From an uncultured Oscillospiraceae bacterium (GTDB taxonomy: Bacteria; Bacillota; Clostridia; Oscillospirales; Oscillospiraceae): a stretch of 64,000 bases of DNA. The translations under genes were made by a program, and so were the position numbers. Below, piece after piece: positions 62,366 to 64,000 of the stretch (within the stretch, counting starts at the first letter, position 1; the number at the start of each line of letters is the position of its first letter). Where the stretch lies: assembly GCA_947587025.1 (NCBI GenBank), contig CANPXW010000002.1, positions 3,567-67,566 on the forward strand, given 5' to 3'. The notes under the pieces are model-generated. The model saw nothing but the letters and a program-made list of their open reading frames with translations, was not told where the DNA came from and did not search any database.

Positions 62366-63507
62366 TCAAAAGATTAGGGGATGTATGCGAGATACTAAAT
62401 GGATATGCATTCAAAAGCGAAAACTATGTTAACGACGGTATTAGAATTATCCGAATCGCAAATGTACAAAAAGGATATATTGAAGATTCAAGCCCTGTGT
62501 ACTATCCTTCTGATGGTAACGAGGTAAAGAAATACTCGCTTCTCGACGGCGATCTGCTCATGTCGCTCACAGGAAACGTGGGAAGAGTCGCTCTACTGTC
62601 GGCGGAATTTCTACCTGCCGCTCTCAATCAACGAGTAGCCTGCCTAAGAATAAAAGATCCCAATAACGTTGATAAAGCCTTTTTATTCCATCGGTTGAAT
62701 TCAAATCGCTTTGAAAGCGAGTGCATTGTGTCCTCAAAAGGCGTCGCACAGAAGAACATGAGCACAGAGTGGTTAAAAGAATATAAATTTCTTCTGCCGC
62801 CAATAGACGAACAGAAAACTATCGTCAAAACCTTGGATAAGGTCACCAGCGTTGTGAACACAAGAAAACAGCAGCTCGTCAGACTGGACGAACTCATAAA
62901 ATCCCGATTTATCGAGATGTTCGGCGATACAGAGAGCAATCCTTACGGATGGTCACAGGCCACCATAGGGTCCAGTTGTACGCTCAAAAGCGGAACATCC
63001 CTGCCCGCTGAAAAGGAGAACGAAGGGGGGACCATACCGTACATCAAGGTAGGAGATATGAACTATCCTGGTAACGAGCATTACATCACAACATCCTCAC
63101 ACTTTGTCTCCATAGAAACCGCAGGTGCCGGCATTTTCCCTGCTGGAACAGTTATTTTTCCAAAGAGAGGCGGCGCAATCGGGACCAACAAGAAGCGTCT
63201 GACATCATTGCCGATCTGTGCTGACCTTAATGTTATGGGCGTGACCGCCGGGGATCAATTAACACCGCAGTACTTAATGGCTTATTTTAGTATGGTCAAT
63301 CTCGGAATGTTGGATAATGGATCGTCCGTGCCACAGATCAACAACAAGGATATTGCGCCTCTGGTGATTTCCATCCCTCCTTTGCCTCTTCAGAACCAAT
63401 TCGCCGCTTTTGTTGTTCAAGTAGATGAATCAAGAACCGTCGTACAGCGTTCACTGGACAAGGCCCAGCTGCTCTTCGACAGCCTGATGCAGAAATATTT
63501 TGGATGA
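62362..63507 (+). CDS. hsdS: Type I restriction-modification system specificity subunit
   Basis: Two TRD halves separated by the conserved helical spacer (LPPIDEQKTIVKTLDKV... and LPLQNQFAAFVVQVD...). GTGA overlap with hsdM. Markedly AT-richer than its neighbours. Confidence 0.9.
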   Translation: MIKRLGDVCEILNGYAFKSENYVNDGIRIIRIANVQKGYIEDSSPVYYPSDGNEVKKYSLLDGDLLMSLTGNVGRVALLSAEFLPAALNQRVACLRIKDPNNVDKAFLFHRLNSNRFESECIVSSKGVAQKNMSTEWLKEYKFLLPPIDEQKTIVKTLDKVTSVVNTRKQQLVRLDELIKSRFIEMFGDTESNPYGWSQATIGSSCTLKSGTSLPAEKENEGGTIPYIKVGDMNYPGNEHYITTSSHFVSIETAGAGIFPAGTVIFPKRGGAIGTNKKRLTSLPICADLNVMGVTAGDQLTPQYLMAYFSMVNLGMLDNGSSVPQINNKDIAPLVISIPPLPLQNQFAAFVVQVDESRTVVQRSLDKAQLLFDSLMQKYFG

Positions 63508-64000
63508 GGATAAGAAAAAACATGGGAGAAGATGTAGCAAAAGAAGTAGTAAAGGCCGTTGCAAAAGAAGCCTATGAAGATGCCGCAAAACCTGTTGTAA
63601 AACCAACAGGTGAGCTGGCAAGTCTCGTTCCCAGGGCGGTCAAAGCCGCTCTCCAACCATTAGAGCTATGGATCATGCAAAAGGAGTATAATATAGAAAG
63701 GACAAGACTTCTTTTAGAAAAGAAACTTAAAGACGTTCCACCAGAGCACATTGTTCCTCCTGAAGCGCATATTGCCGTTCCTGCATTACAATACATAAGC
63801 TATTGCATGGATAACGAAGAGTTGCGAAACATGTATGCTAATTTACTGGCGCAATCTATGAATGTTATCACAAAGACAGGTGTCCATCCCAGCTTTGTGG
63901 AAATTATCAAGCAAATGTGTCCTGATGAGGCCAAGATTTTGAGATACATGTCCTCCAACAAAACTGTACCAATAATATCGCTTCGGCATGAGAATAAATC
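63504..64000 (+). CDS. DUF4393 / Abi-alpha-like protein, partial (runs off the right window edge)
   Basis: Manual translation gives (MRIRKN)MGEDVAKEVVKAVAKEAYEDAAKPVVKPTGELASLVP...ELRNMYANLLAQSMNVITKTGVHPSFVEIIKQMCPDEAKILRYM. The xLxxMWANLLA and HPSFVEIlKQLsPxEAKiL segments are as remembered for DUF4393. ATG 63504 overlaps the hsdS stop (ATGA); ATG 63522 is the alternative start. The ORF is absent from the supplied track because it is open-ended. Confidence 0.7.
   Translation, partial: MRIRKNMGEDVAKEVVKAVAKEAYEDAAKPVVKPTGELASLVPRAVKAALQPLELWIMQKEYNIERTRLLLEKKLKDVPPEHIVPPEAHIAVPALQYISYCMDNEELRNMYANLLAQSMNVITKTGVHPSFVEIIKQMCPDEAKILRYMSSNKTVPIISLRHENK

Noticed and set aside
1-64000. CRISPR arrays, rRNA genes, IS elements or transposases.
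   Set aside because: I saw no regularly spaced direct repeats, no rRNA-like sequence and no transposase-like translation in any frame.

Overview
GC-rich (judged by eye, not computed) chromosomal segment from a spore-forming Firmicute, probably a Clostridia/Oscillospiraceae-like organism; the taxon is inferred from spoIIP, yabP-yabQ-divIC, spoVK-like and sleB-like genes. Layout from left to right: (1) 1-8.5 kb: a minus-strand operon (FMN-dependent alpha-hydroxy-acid oxidase, hybrid histidine kinase, degenerate HD-GYP protein, start of a glycerate kinase) divergent from a TAXI-TRAP transporter. (2) 8.6-19.4 kb: housekeeping and cell-envelope genes, namely tRNA-Thr, radC, rodA, DUF975, Gx transporter, NusG-II, an FHA-fused SEDS polymerase with a class B PBP, ABC-F and ydcF. 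(3) 19.5-35.3 kb: 19 co-oriented, tightly overlapping phage genes running terS, terL, portal, scaffold, capsid, connectors, tail, tape measure, tail tip, fibre, holin, endolysin. No integrase, repressor, replication genes or att repeats are visible anywhere in the window. (4) 35.5-55.9 kb: LRR lipoprotein, proS, membrane proteins, XRE regulator, rsmG, sporulation and division genes, metG, VanW, hemW, spoVK-like, and CIRCE-controlled htpG. (5) 55.9-59.6 kb: TPP riboswitch controlling a ThiB/Q/P-like ABC importer. (6) 59.7-64.0 kb: a compositionally distinct defence locus of Fic, hsdM, hsdS and a DUF4393/Abi-alpha-like gene cut by the window edge; hsdR is not seen. The strongest candidates for something new are the structural-only, GTA/PBSX-like phage cluster and the Fic / type I R-M / Abi-alpha operon. 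All calls rest on motif recognition by eye in the supplied ORF translations and on manual inspection of intergenic DNA. No database search was run.
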